This document shows, in pieces, positions 27,201 to 40,130 of a stretch of DNA of 64,000 bases. The notes below the pieces were generated by a model. It did no database searches. It saw only the letters and a program-made list of their open reading frames with translations, and was not told the origin of the DNA. Position 1 is the first letter of the stretch, and the number at the start of each line of letters is the position of its first letter. The translations under genes were made by a program, and so were the position numbers. This DNA comes from the human T2T-CHM13v2.0 reference genome, Homo sapiens: NCBI RefSeq assembly GCF_009914755.1, contig NC_060926.1; one strand, given 5' to 3'.

Positions 27201-30200
27201 TGCTTTTAGAGATTAATGAATGTATTTATCAAATGTGTATTGAAATTCTAATGCATATCAGGCTTCGTTAACACTATGGATACACTGAGCAAAAGAAATG
27301 AGATTCAGCTCACGTACACAAGTAGGTAAATTTTTGTTTTTTGTTTTTGTTTTTTTTTGGATTAGCTTTTGTAAATTTACATCTAGAAGTACTGGTATTG
27401 TTTTGTACTCTCTCTTTCTTTTGTTTTTTGCTTTTTGGGGGGAAGGGGACTTCCAAAATGGTATTATGACTTTTCTTCTTTGAAAAAGAGTTCTTAAATT
27501 TATCTTCAAAAATCTCTTGAAAACTAGAACAAAATGAAAAATGACTAGGACTGCATTGTTAACCTTATCAATTGTGACTATCAATATGGAATCCTTACAC
27601 CTATGTAGTTTATGAAGGCAAAGCCTACAGTTAGTTTGAGACAACTATTAAGCCTGACCAAATTCTCAGAATGCTTTTATGATGCTAATAAGTATCACTA
27701 CAAAATGAATTGATGTTTCTCATGCAGCCAAAGTGGCAATGATTTTACAGGAGGGAGAGGCATGAGGTTGGTTATCTCTTCCTGGCAGATGGGCTGTCCC
27801 TCCCCAACCCCTCCTCCCGACACAGACACAGGTTGGTAGGATTTTTTCTACCTACAGGTTGGTAGGATTCTCTGGGAGAATGAAAATATTTTTAAAAAGC
27901 AAAACAAAGGAAAACTCTTAATTTATATTTAAATTACCCATAATCGAATGATTCACGCAAAATGAACTTTTAGAGCAAACGTCTTTTCAAATTGTATGAG
28001 GGATGGCTTATTTTTAACTAACGGTACTGACAGGACATTCTGGGGACTGCTGCAGATACTGGCTGCTCTATTCACAAAGACTAGGGGGAAGAAAAGGCTG
28101 TCTTCAGTAATGAATGGAAACACTGACTGGCTTTGAGGCGAGTAATTGCCTTACTCACCCACACAAAAATTTCAGCCAGAAAAGTCCTCCTTTAAGCAGA
28201 GCACAAATGATGTGAAATGCATACTTGCACAGATATAGTATAACTTACCTTGAGTTTATTTAATTATTCCTGGTCCATGGGATTTTTGAAAAATTGCCAG
28301 AATACTACTTTTCTGCAGATATAAATAAAAGGTCCAAATGTTGCTTAACTTCTTTTTTCCTGAATTGCATAGTATATATGTGTTAGAAATGGCTAATAAC
28401 CGTCACAGAGTAGTTGAGAAGTTAAAACACACACAAATTCTTAATATTTCTAATTAAAAGCAGCATAGGAATATTGATTACTACAGTGGAAATGTAATGT
28501 GTTCTTTCTTTCCTTTTTAAATGCCTATATGGTACTTATTAACACTTTTAATGGCAAAAGCAATAAAAATAATTAAAAGCACATTTAGTTCCTGTTCTGC
28601 CTCATTTCATTAATTTCTGCTTTTTTTTCTTTTGGAGAAAAAGTTGTAAAATTGATGTCTTAGCTGTAGCTGCCTCTTTATGATATTAGATTTCTGTATG
28701 TAAAGAAGGTATTAGAAAAATTTTCTCCTGCACTCAAGGAATCTTTAAACTTAAAATAAAAAGTGATTATACCTTCTATTTTCAAGGCAGAATAAAAATG
28801 TTTTACAATGAATAGAATTCTTGATTTTCAAAGAAGTTTATTACATTTGATTTTGTCAGAGTTAATAAGTGATAATAAATAAATGTGTGGAAAAATAAAC
28901 TTTTGAACTAGATCAAATGTGTTTGTTTCTATTTCAGTATTGGCTTTGATGCCTAAGAAAGCAAAATATTTATCTACTGAAAGAGCTTATGTCTTTGTGG
29001 CCCCCAGCTTTTCCTCTGGTGAGCCTTAGGAAAAATGGCACTTGCTCTGGAGGCAGGGAGGAAACTCCAGATCAGACCCAGGTTTCTGGCTTGGGAGGTG
29101 GTGGTGGTGGTGAAGGAAGTGCAGTTGGTTAAGATAAGGAGATGAGGTGAATTGCCAAATTTTCACCCAGATGCTCGGCGGCCTCTAAAGGTCGGTGGTG
29201 TTACCAGGCGCAAATTAGTAATGCTGGCTTTGAACTTACCTTGAAGCTGCAGTGCCACTTGTTCTTTTCATGCAGTCGTATTTCGCCAATGGCTTTTTAC
29301 TATTTTCTTAACCTATGTTTGGCATCTTACCTGACTCCTGGGCAATTACAACCTTTAACCACTAGAAAAGGAAGTACATTAAACACACCTTGTTCATCTT
29401 GAAGAGAGAGCAGGGGAATGGGGGTTTCCTCAGCCTGGGATGACTTTCTTCTGCCTTTCAGATCTAAGCTCTTTCTGACCTGGATCTTATTTAACTGGGA
29501 AACGGCCAGGATAGATTTGATCTTTAGCGTTTCTAACAAACATCATCAGGGATCTCTCTTTCCTGAATCCTATCACATTTAGCATCTTGCACCACAGTGC
29601 TGAGTATTTTTAAAAATATAATTTTCTCTTTTGTTCTTCTGATGTTTAATACATTATTCATCTTCCCAAATAGATTCTCATTTATCTGGGTGCAATAAGT
29701 TCATCTAGAGTCCTTCCTTACCTACTTTCCTTCCTTTCTTCTTTCATGCATTCCTTCTTCCCTCCATTAGTAATAGGCTGACTCTATACTAAGACTTCAA
29801 AAATGTGCATGTTCTTTAAGAGTTTACAGATGTTCTAAAACTGACTGTTTCAGAGGAACTACTTTCCTTGACTCAATAATAGTTAATCCTCAAGAACGAT
29901 TATGTATAGTTTTTTTAATTCTTCAACTTTGTGAGATGTGGTTATAAAACTTAAATTGATATAGATGAAACAGTTTATAAATAGTTTTCACTTGCATTAT
30001 TTCTTGGAAAGCTCGTAAATACTGTATGCAAGTATCCCCTCCATTTTCTATGTGAGCAGCATGAGCCTGTATTATATCTACGAAGTAAATGAGTGGGGGT
30101 AGGTTTTGTGACATGCTGGCTGCATCAGATAATGCTGCATGGCATAAGCTGGGCACACACTGCTGTTCCTGTTTTATGCCTAGGAAGATGAAAGCCTTAT

Positions 30201-30602
30201 CTTAAATCATAAAAGTAATTATTAATGGGCAGCCCAGGTGGGCAGACCAGGCTGCCAAGTTTACTATTTTCTATCGCTCTACAATGAATATTCCACATTA
30301 GGTATAGATTATCTGTTGTCAAGAGAGTTTTATATCACACTTTGATATAAAATTAAGTGTAAAAAGCTATTGAGAATCAATATTTGACATTCTAAAAGTA
30401 ACTTCAAGATGATAAAGAATAAATATTATACTAAGCCCAAAAATAGTTTCTGGGTTTGTTATATTCATCTGTTTAATAAATATAAGTGGATGCGTGGTGC
30501 ACCAAGAACTTAGCTTGGCATTGCAAATGCAATGAGAAGTAACTATGTTCTCTACTCTCCTTGTGGACAAGAGTCTAGTCTGTTAACTAGAAACTACTTC
30601 TA

Positions 30603-30713
30603 GATGATTGGGCTGCAAATATGATCCTTCTGCTATGTTTTGCCTAGAACTTTAGGCAGAACTTTAGTTCTAGGCAGAATGTAGCAGAAGATTATATATG
30701 CAGCCTGCTCATC
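30603..30713. repeat. Imperfect inverted repeat (~48-nt arms, 14-nt loop)
   Basis: 30603-30651 is the approximate reverse complement of 30666-30713. Confidence 0.9.
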
Positions 30714-31392
30714 CCCTGAAATCAAGCTTAAAGATGATGGTCTGCCTTGTTAGTAATCCGTAGAGGCTTATCAATCCCAGAAATTTTGGGCTATTGTTCC
30801 AGTCTGTAGATCACTGACATTCTTTTAGTGCTCTTTCAACCACAATTTATAGTTCCCAGGATGGGTCAACAACTGTACTCCTGGGATGTCTTTTCTCTCT
30901 GTGTTTGAGATGCAGATAGCTAGTTATCCGCCAGTCCTCACAATGCTGAAATGCATCCCTCAAGATTAAAGATTCTATTCCTAACTTTAAGGAATAAATC
31001 TGAGCTTAGTGCTTCAGTCCAAATATTTTGTGAATACTTAGTATGTGCTTTACTAGGTGTTATGGATACAGAAATGAGTGTGAAATAGTCTCTGACCTGG
31101 TAGAACTCAATTTAGACTTAAACATAATTTGGAAAATAACACGTATGGAGGAAGATTCATAAGCCTGATCATGTGTGTTAGGCATAACTAGTTAGGCTTA
31201 TAATTATGCTTAAATGGATTAGATCAACCGTGTATGTAACAGAGCTAGTAAATAGATAATTAGATATTAAAATGCAGGTGTACTGATTCCGAAGCCACTA
31301 ACTCGTAATGCATCTACCAAATTCCTCTGAGTGTAAGATTGTTCATTTTAGCAGTTTCAGAACTGTGTCACTCCAGGACTTAATCTGTATGG

Positions 31393-31560
31393 TAGGGGTT
31401 CTCCAATTTGAGTGTGCACAGGAATCATCTGGAGAGCTTGGTACAACAAAGATTGCTCAGTCCTTCCCTCCCCAGGAACTCACTAGGTCTGAGCTGGGGA
31501 TGAATAATTTGCATTTATATAAACTCAGGGGTGAAGCTGACCATATTTTGAGTAGCACTG
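31393..31560. mobile_element. MER5A-like hAT MITE
   Basis: ggttctccaatttgagtgtgcacaggaatcatctggagagcttg...atttgcattt...ttttgagtagcactg. Confidence 0.75.
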
Positions 31561-31569
31561 ACCTTGGGG

Positions 31570-31755
31570 ACTGTTTCCCAGACTTCAGCACATAGTAGAG
31601 CCATCTGGAGAGCCTGTTAAAAGTGGCTGTTAGGACTTCCCTGGCCCTGGAGATTCAGAAGGGCTGTGATGGGGCTGAATAATTTTTATTTTCAACAAGC
31701 TTTCAGATGATGCTGATCCTACTGGTCCATGGACTGCACTGAGCTAAGGCATTGT
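31570..31755. mobile_element. Second adjacent MER5-like MITE
   Basis: gagccatctggagagcctgttaa...aacaagctttcagatgatgctgatcctactggtccatggac. Confidence 0.65.
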
Positions 31756-32639
31756 CTAAATAGGTAGACAGAAGTAACCTACTAAGAAACTCAATTTTGA
31801 AAAATATGAAGGCTTGATCAAAATATGTACTCTCCTTAGCATGGAGTCCTTTCATCAGAGAAATGGGAAAAAGTAAAAGTAGGAAACTAAATGGCATGAA
31901 TCTCATGGGCAATTTTAAGAAGCAGTAGGCACTCTAAATAGCAACTGACTTTGATATGTATGGAGGATGTTTTACATATATTGGGAGAAGATTGTCTGTC
32001 TGAATAATGTAACTGTAGAAAGACCCTTAGCTTTGTGTCTATTTAGAGGTCAATTTCAGTTTCTATCCCTCTTTTTAAAAATATCTTGTCCGTGTATTCT
32101 GTTCCTAACATTAACATATAAGGTTGATAGAAAATATGGATAATATAAAAAGTGGTATTGAATGATATCACTAGAAATAGTGTTCATGTAAAGAAAAGAT
32201 ATGGGCCAGCACCAAGTTCTGGGCAACTCCACAATTTTGAGAAATTGGAAGAGTGGCTGGCAAATAACAAACAGGAAAGTATGGTGTCACAGGAGCCAAG
32301 AAAATGTTCTCGTGGGAGGCTTCAGCAGTGAAAGGATTGGAATGCTGATAAGAAATACTGTAAGATGATGGAAGAATTGGCTGTCTAACTTGGCTCCATG
32401 GAGATCACGATATTTCTCATTGGAATGTTTTGCTCAACCCTAATTGTCCTTCTTTGCAGAATGAAAGTCTTGTGGGAAAATAGAGATTAAAATATAACTA
32501 ATTCTGTCTATAAATTATATAGACATATATAAGAAATATATAAATTCAATCTATAAAATAGAACTAATGTGTTTGTGTGCATGCAACATTTTTCCGTGAA
32601 ATATAGTTTTGCTTCTGTATTTTTCTGTTCTTATTCATA

Positions 32640-34640
32640 CCACACATTATTCATTAGCACAGATTTATATTCCATTTTGATAACTGATATCCACAGATAT
32701 TGTTTTCAAAATTATTATTTTATATGATTATTTTTCCATCTAAATTTTAAAATCACTTTATCAATTAAGAAAAAAGTTTTATTTGGATTTTCACTGGAAT
32801 TACTTTAAATTTGCAGATTAATCTAGGAAGAAGGGACATCTTTACCACATTGAATTTTCCTTAACAGGGATTTGAAGATTCTCTACATCCTTCAAGTGGT
32901 CCTATAAATTCTCTAATAACATTTTGTGGTTTTCCCTCTTTGGGCAATAATACTTTCTAAAGACATTTAATATATTGTTTTGCTATTATAAATGCTGTTT
33001 TTATATGTTTTTATTATAGTACTGTTCATTGACATTAAGTACATTTGCGTTGCTGTGCAACCATCACCACCAGCCATCTCTAGAACTTTTTTCATCTTAT
33101 CAAACTGAAACTGCATAACCATTAAAAAGATAACTTCCCATTTTTTCCTCTCTTCAGCCCCTAACAACTACCATTCTGCCTTCTGTCTCTAAGTATTTGA
33201 CTACTCGACGCACGTCGTTTAAGTGGAATGATACAGTATTTGTCCGTTTGTGACTGGCTTTATTCCCCTTAACACAGTGTTTTTAAAGTTCATCTATGTT
33301 GTAGCAACTGTCGGGATTTCCTTCATTTTCAAAGCTGCATAATACTCATACATACACACACAGGCATACACACAACATTTTGTTATTCTTTTCATTTACC
33401 AATGATCATCTGGGTTGTTTCCACCTTTTGGCTATTGTAAATAATGCTTCTGTGAACAGAGGTGTACAAATATCTGTTTGCATCACTGCTTTCAATTGTT
33501 TTGGGTATATAACCAGAAGTGGAATTACTATTGATTATTAATGATAATCCTGTTTTACTGTTTTGTTAGATATATCACAATATGAATTCCCAGCTACAAT
33601 TTTGGGGTCATTTTAAATACTCTCAGTTTTCTCATGTACCATTTTCTTGATTTTCTTTAGTTTGTCATTACTTTTCTTTAGCTCTCAGAGTGTATTTAAG
33701 GCAGTTGTTTTAAAGTCTTTCTCTAGTAAATCTGAAGCCTTGTTTCTTTAAGGTTGGTTTCCAGAGATTTATTTTGATCTTTTGAAAGGGCTGGATTTCC
33801 CTGTTTCTTTATATGCCTTGTGATCTTTTGTTGAAAATTGGGTGTCTGAAAAATCAGACACTTCTTCCAGTCACTGTAGACTGTGTGGAGGAAGATGTTC
33901 TCTAAATAGCCCGGTATGAAAGTTTAAGATTTTCTCAGGCATTTTCTAGGTCTGTGTCTTCCCTGGGCCTGTGTGTGTGGTGTTCTCTCCCAATTTCCCC
34001 ATAGACGGGGCTGCTTTTATTTATTTATTTATTTTGAAGGCTGCTTTGAAATGTTTTATTATCCGTCCCTAAGAGTTTCACCCCTGCTTCTTCGTGAAAT
34101 CTTGGCTGTTCCTCTGTACTACTCTTGCCTTAACAAACATCTTGCCCCCAGTTTCTGCATGTCAGCATACTCTTGCAGTTTTCACAAACTATGTTACCCA
34201 TCACAGTTTTGCATGGCTTCCAAACTGAGATTCAAACTATATATTCATTTTCGTCTGAGAGCTCCAATTGAGGCAAGACAGAAACCAGTCCCTCAGGCAG
34301 CCCACAGACAGGCCAGAACTTTGCAAAATAAGTTCCACTGCCCTCCTTCCTTCCTGAGAGAAAAATACTGGAAAGTGGGCTACTTTTTTTTTTTTTTTTT
34401 TTAACTGCACTCACTGTTCCAAGGTGGCGCAAGCACAAGCAATAATGCCGTGAAATGTCCTACCTTTTTCACTGTGGCTTTTTCTTGATGGGGCATTCAC
34501 TTGGTTGGAAAGCAGTGAATTTGGCTGGTTACCAGAGCTCCCAAAAAGCTGTTTTAGTGAGTCGCTAGTAGTTTACTTGATGATCCTGTGGAGGAATGAG
34601 GACCTGGAGCTTTCTAATCTGCCATCTTTCTGATATCAAA
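32640..34640 (-). mobile_element. Composite of old L1M fragments (L1MB-type 3' end at ~32990-33560, flanked by other L1M pieces)
   Basis: gtgcaaccatcaccacc...aaactgaaact...ccaccttttggctattgtaaataatgct...agaagtggaatt; flanks resemble L1M ORF2 and 5' sequence. Confidence 0.75.
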
Positions 34641-34841
34641 TCTGTTTGTTTGTATTTTGTCTTTTTTAGTAGCTTTATTGTAGTTTTTAACCCTAAATGT
34701 GTCCAGAATCACAGTTGCTTAGTCCTGTCTTAGACCTCTAAATCGTGATGCTAAAAGTGTAAAACTAACACCACACAATATATTAAGGATAGCTGTCATA
34801 CTTATTTTGTTTCTAATTTACTGTTAATTCATCTAGGAGTG

Positions 34842-35221
34842 TGTATGAGTTCGTTTTGACATTACTATAAATAACTATCTGACACTAGGTAATTTATGAA
34901 GAAAAGAGTTTAATTGACTCCCAGTTCCACAGGCTTAACAGGAAGTATGACTGGACGGCCTCAGAAAACTTACCGTCATGGTGGAAGGCAAAGGGGAAGC
35001 AAATACATGTTACCATGGCGGAGCAGGAGAGAGAGTGAGTGAAGGGGGAAGTGCCACACGCTTTTAAACCATCACGTCTTGTGAGAACTCACTCACTATC
35101 ATGAGAAGAGCAAGAGGGAAATCTGCCCCCCGTCATCCACCAGGCCCCTTCTCCAGTTGATCCCACTAGGCCCCTTCTCCACCATGATATTTTGGTAGGG
35201 CCACAAATCCAAACCATATCC
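34842..35221 (-). mobile_element. MaLR solo LTR (MSTA-like)
   Basis: tgtatgagttcgttttgacattactataaa...gtgagaactcactcactatcatgag...caaatccaaaccatatc; TSD-like gagtg/aagtg. Confidence 0.88.
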
Positions 35222-35324
35222 AAGTGTGCACCAATAATCGTAATTATTGGGGAGTGATAAATGTGAATTGCAACTCATATAATTGCGAGTTCTTTTATAA
35301 ACAAATTAATTGTAAAAAAACAAA

Positions 35325-35652
<328 letters not shown>

Positions 35653-38364
35653 TTAGCATATTTAACCTTATGTAGGTCAACAGCATAAACCTATAAAGAG
35701 TATAATTTTGAAAAATGTGTAACTTGTAATAAGTTATAAAAAAATTACTTTACTCAGCATAGAGTCCTCTAATCATAGAAGAAGGATAAATGAGGAAACT
35801 GTGAATGGCATGAGAGCAATGAGCAATTTTAAGAAGCAGTAGGCGGAGTAAGTATTAAGTGCAACTTAAATATAAGAAATAATCTCTATGATTATATTTT
35901 CTTTATTGGTATTCTTAACTGATGTCTTGTAGGAAACCATGACTGTTTCTCCTAATACTAGACAATAGTCCATAATGTTTGTTATTTATACTAAACTCTT
36001 ACATTCAATTGACTAAAGTTGTCTTTAGTATAATTACATTTATTTCTTTAAATTGAATTTGAATTTTCTTTTTGTGGTATTTTTTTCAGACATACTATTC
36101 AGATGACACGAACTTAATAAAAATTTAGAATTTTTTTCTGCCTTCAATATGTTATAAAATATTTTAAATAGTGCAAAAGTTATTTGTTTCTTGGAGGCAA
36201 AAATCAGATTTTGCCTTCTTCTTTTGGAAACTCCTTGAAAGTTATCTCAGTTCCTTTTATGCTTATTAATCTAATATAGCTTGTAAATGTTGTCAATTAT
36301 TTTTTCCAGAAGGAAAAGAAATGCACATTTTGTGGACATTTCCAAATACCTACATGTGTATTTTTATACACATTCTCTACTTTTAAAAAAACTCCTCTGA
36401 TTCCTTTTTCATTCTAGATTTTGTATAGTTACATAATCCCAGCATATCCAGCACCTTTTTTATAGGATGTTGATTGAATGTGCATAGTGAATGTTTTATA
36501 TCAATATAAGAAAATTAATAATTTTTTTCTTTATTTCCCATAGCAAAATTTTATGATTTATTCTTTTACCTTTATTTTTTTTAACCTTGTATTGTATTAT
36601 TGCCTAGAAAATTCTTTCTCAGACTTTATGCTCACTGGGAACAGGTCTTATTTTAATTTGTATTCCCAGCTTCATCTTGTGTGGTATCCCAAACCTTAAC
36701 ACACTCCAGTACATTTTGTTAAATGGTAAATGGTATTATTTAAGGAAATTTAAATTGAATTTCTATATCTCAAGGCTTTTCAAGCCAGAGCTGGCTAAAC
36801 ATTTCTTAGGTGTGTTGTAAGAGCATGTTTCTTTAAGATGGAGTTTATTCCAGGTATCTTTTAAAGTTTTAACTCTTAAATGCTGTTTCTTTAATATCAT
36901 GAGACAATATAGAAACTCTTAAAATATTTTAACTTCCTTTAGGATATTTTCAGATTATTCAGCATAAATGTCTTTGAACTATTTCAAACCTTTCCATATT
37001 TGACATTACTTACCGTTGAAAATATAAACACCATCAGTAAAATAAAATAACTAAAAGACAATTCAAACTTTTGAGCTATTTAACAGAACGTGAACTGATG
37101 GAAGAGGAGACCCCATTTTTTTTTTAATTTTGAGGAACTTTATTGAACTTCTTTGAGAAAACATTAAGATTCTATGTGAAGATGTATTGAAGCAAGTCAA
37201 TATAGGGAAGGGATAAAAGAAAGTGAGTAAATAAGCTTTTGAGTGATTGGTGTGATTGGGTTAAGAATGACGCTAAGAACGAACGTAAACAGTGTTCACA
37301 CTCTAGGGCTAAAAACCCAAGTACATCTTTTCACACGGAAATACAGATATTTTTAAGAACCTTCCTTGTGCTTCTTAGAAAGTAGACAGGTGGTTGGAGA
37401 AAATCTATTTTTGTTAAAACACACCCACATTCAATCTAGATGTATAATTTCAATATCTCAATGATTTTTCCTTGTATTTTCTCTAAATGTCATGCTTTTC
37501 AGACTATTTCAATATAGATGGATTATATTTCTTTTCAGAATACATATGGCAGATAAATACATTGACGTTTTCCAAAGGAAAGTACAAATGGAATACTATT
37601 TCTTAAAAAAACAAATTTTGGTATCCTTTACTTCCTTATGAAGAAAAGCAAATCCGCTGGTTAAGATTTTTTCTTTATTTTGCCAAATAAAATGGTGTAT
37701 TACCCTTGCATTTTTCCTACTTATTATTCCCAGCATTTTTCTCCTTGCACCTAAACAAATAAAAAATGAATTTGGACTTAGATAAATTATCTTTATAGTG
37801 GTAAGCCTTGTCTGGTAAACTAAACTGTTCCCTGAAGGATGATGAGTAATTTGTTGCTGGTAGATGTAATGTAAATAGTTAGGTTACAGACTCAGTTTAG
37901 TTTGGACTATAGCACTAACGTGTCTCTAGGCAATCACAATGTTTAATATGATCTGACGTTGAACACAAGCTTTTCAACTGATGCATCCATCCACCGGGGG
38001 GCTCATTTACAAAAGTAGCACCATCTATGGATCATTTAATGTTTGCCCCTAAGTTTCTAGACCCCCTCCTTGTGATATCATAATCTAACATGCACTTTGT
38101 TCTGTGACCAAAGCATCCAGATGACCATGTTGCAAGTTCCTAACATGTTCCTTGTCTAAGGCTGCTGCCCAGGATCATACCTGTTCTGTTGGTCTGGCAT
38201 GTGCAATTGATTGCTTTCAGATGTTGGGTGGTAGAAAGCCATCAAAAACAAAGTCAATCAGGATCACTTTCACCACCACTTAATTAACTGGCTAATTACT
38301 TTCTAAGCACCTATTAAGAGAACAAGAGATTGTTAACTGACGTAAGGAATCTAAAATTGTCTAA

Positions 38365-38681
<317 letters not shown>

Positions 38682-39904
38682 TAAAATTTTCTAAGATGTG
38701 ATTCTTACATTAAGGAGTTAATAACTTTAAACCCAACAGGGATATGAGGGATCTTTATACATGGTTTTAAGCAACACCAACACTACCATTCACCATCATC
38801 ATTATGACGATGATGATGTCATTCATTCATGACATAATGAATGATGAGAAAGAGTACAAGTATATTGAGGGAGAACATTCCAAACAGTTCACTTAGTGTA
38901 AACTTTCTTATCATATACTTAGGTAAGAGTTTTTTTTATGAGTTATTTTATTTTAATCCTTCCAACATTTAAAAATAATTGTCATTATTATTCCAGTTGT
39001 TCAGGTAAAAATTTTGAGGCTCAGAATAATTTAGAAGTGTGTTTGCAGTCTCCTAGCTCTCAAGTAGCGGAGTTGGATTCAAACTTACTGGTACAGTGTA
39101 TTTTAGGCACTTTTCTTTCCAGAGAAAGGAAAGTCATATCTGGCTTGCATAACTAGGAGAAATTCCCAAGAGAAGAGACATTTGAGCAGGATGTTGAATG
39201 ACTGACAGTGTCTATAACTGGATGCATATGAAAGGGGTTGGATGGAACAGAATTAGGAATGGAATGGTGATGTGAAGGTTGAAGCATCTGAGGCAAACGT
39301 AAGGAAATGGTAATCAGAGCAGCATGAAATACAAGATTCTTTCTCAAAAGCAGATTGTGCTGGCTGGGGAAACGGGAGCGTGGATACAGATAATTATTCT
39401 TCTAGACTGACACATTTGTGTTTGATTCTTTAGCCAGTGTAGGGATGTTAAAGAACTTTGGAGAAAAAAAGTAACGTAAGTAACACCATGCTTTAGAAAT
39501 GTAATGGTAATAGAATATAAGGTGGATGGAAAGGGGAGAATTATATTACATTCATTAAGTCAGCAGTTCTCAAATAGGGACTTGTATATGCCTTGAGCAT
39601 TGATGAGTCATTTCAGAGGAACCACACATTCTTATGTGCATCACTTTATGAACAGAAAAATATGTCTCGCTCAAATTTGTTTTACCACTTTTTAAATGGT
39701 GGACTTCCGTAGTCAGCTGTGACTTGGAAAATATACATTTATTTGCAAACATTACTGACTTCAGGATAGCATTACTGAATTCCACATATTACTGTGAATT
39801 TTCCCAAATAAAAAGTATTGATGTACAGTTATGTATGGGTCCAAATAACTTATTGATTTATTGATTCTTTAATGTACTTGTTCTAGAAATATTTATCTTT
39901 ACAA

Positions 39905-40130
39905 GTGGCATTATAGTGGTTAAGTGTGATCTTTATAATCAGATTTTATGAACTAGAACTCCAGCTCTCCTACTTATTAGTGATAAAAGGATATGTTACT
40001 AATCTCTTCAAATCCCGTTTTCTTATCTGCAAATTTGTGAAGATGACACTAATCTTACCAGATTATTTTGAGGATTATGTGAGATTGCAAATCTAAAATA
40101 TTTCAATACCAGACACATAATAATATATAT
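39905..40130 (+). mobile_element. MIR SINE
   Basis: ggcattatagtggttaagtg...ccagctctcctacttattag...tttcttatctgcaaa...ttgaggatta. Confidence 0.7.

Noticed and set aside
34417-34432. CTCF-like ccaaggtggcgc
   Set aside because: Partial match within an old L1M relic with a poor 5' half; not enough to call.
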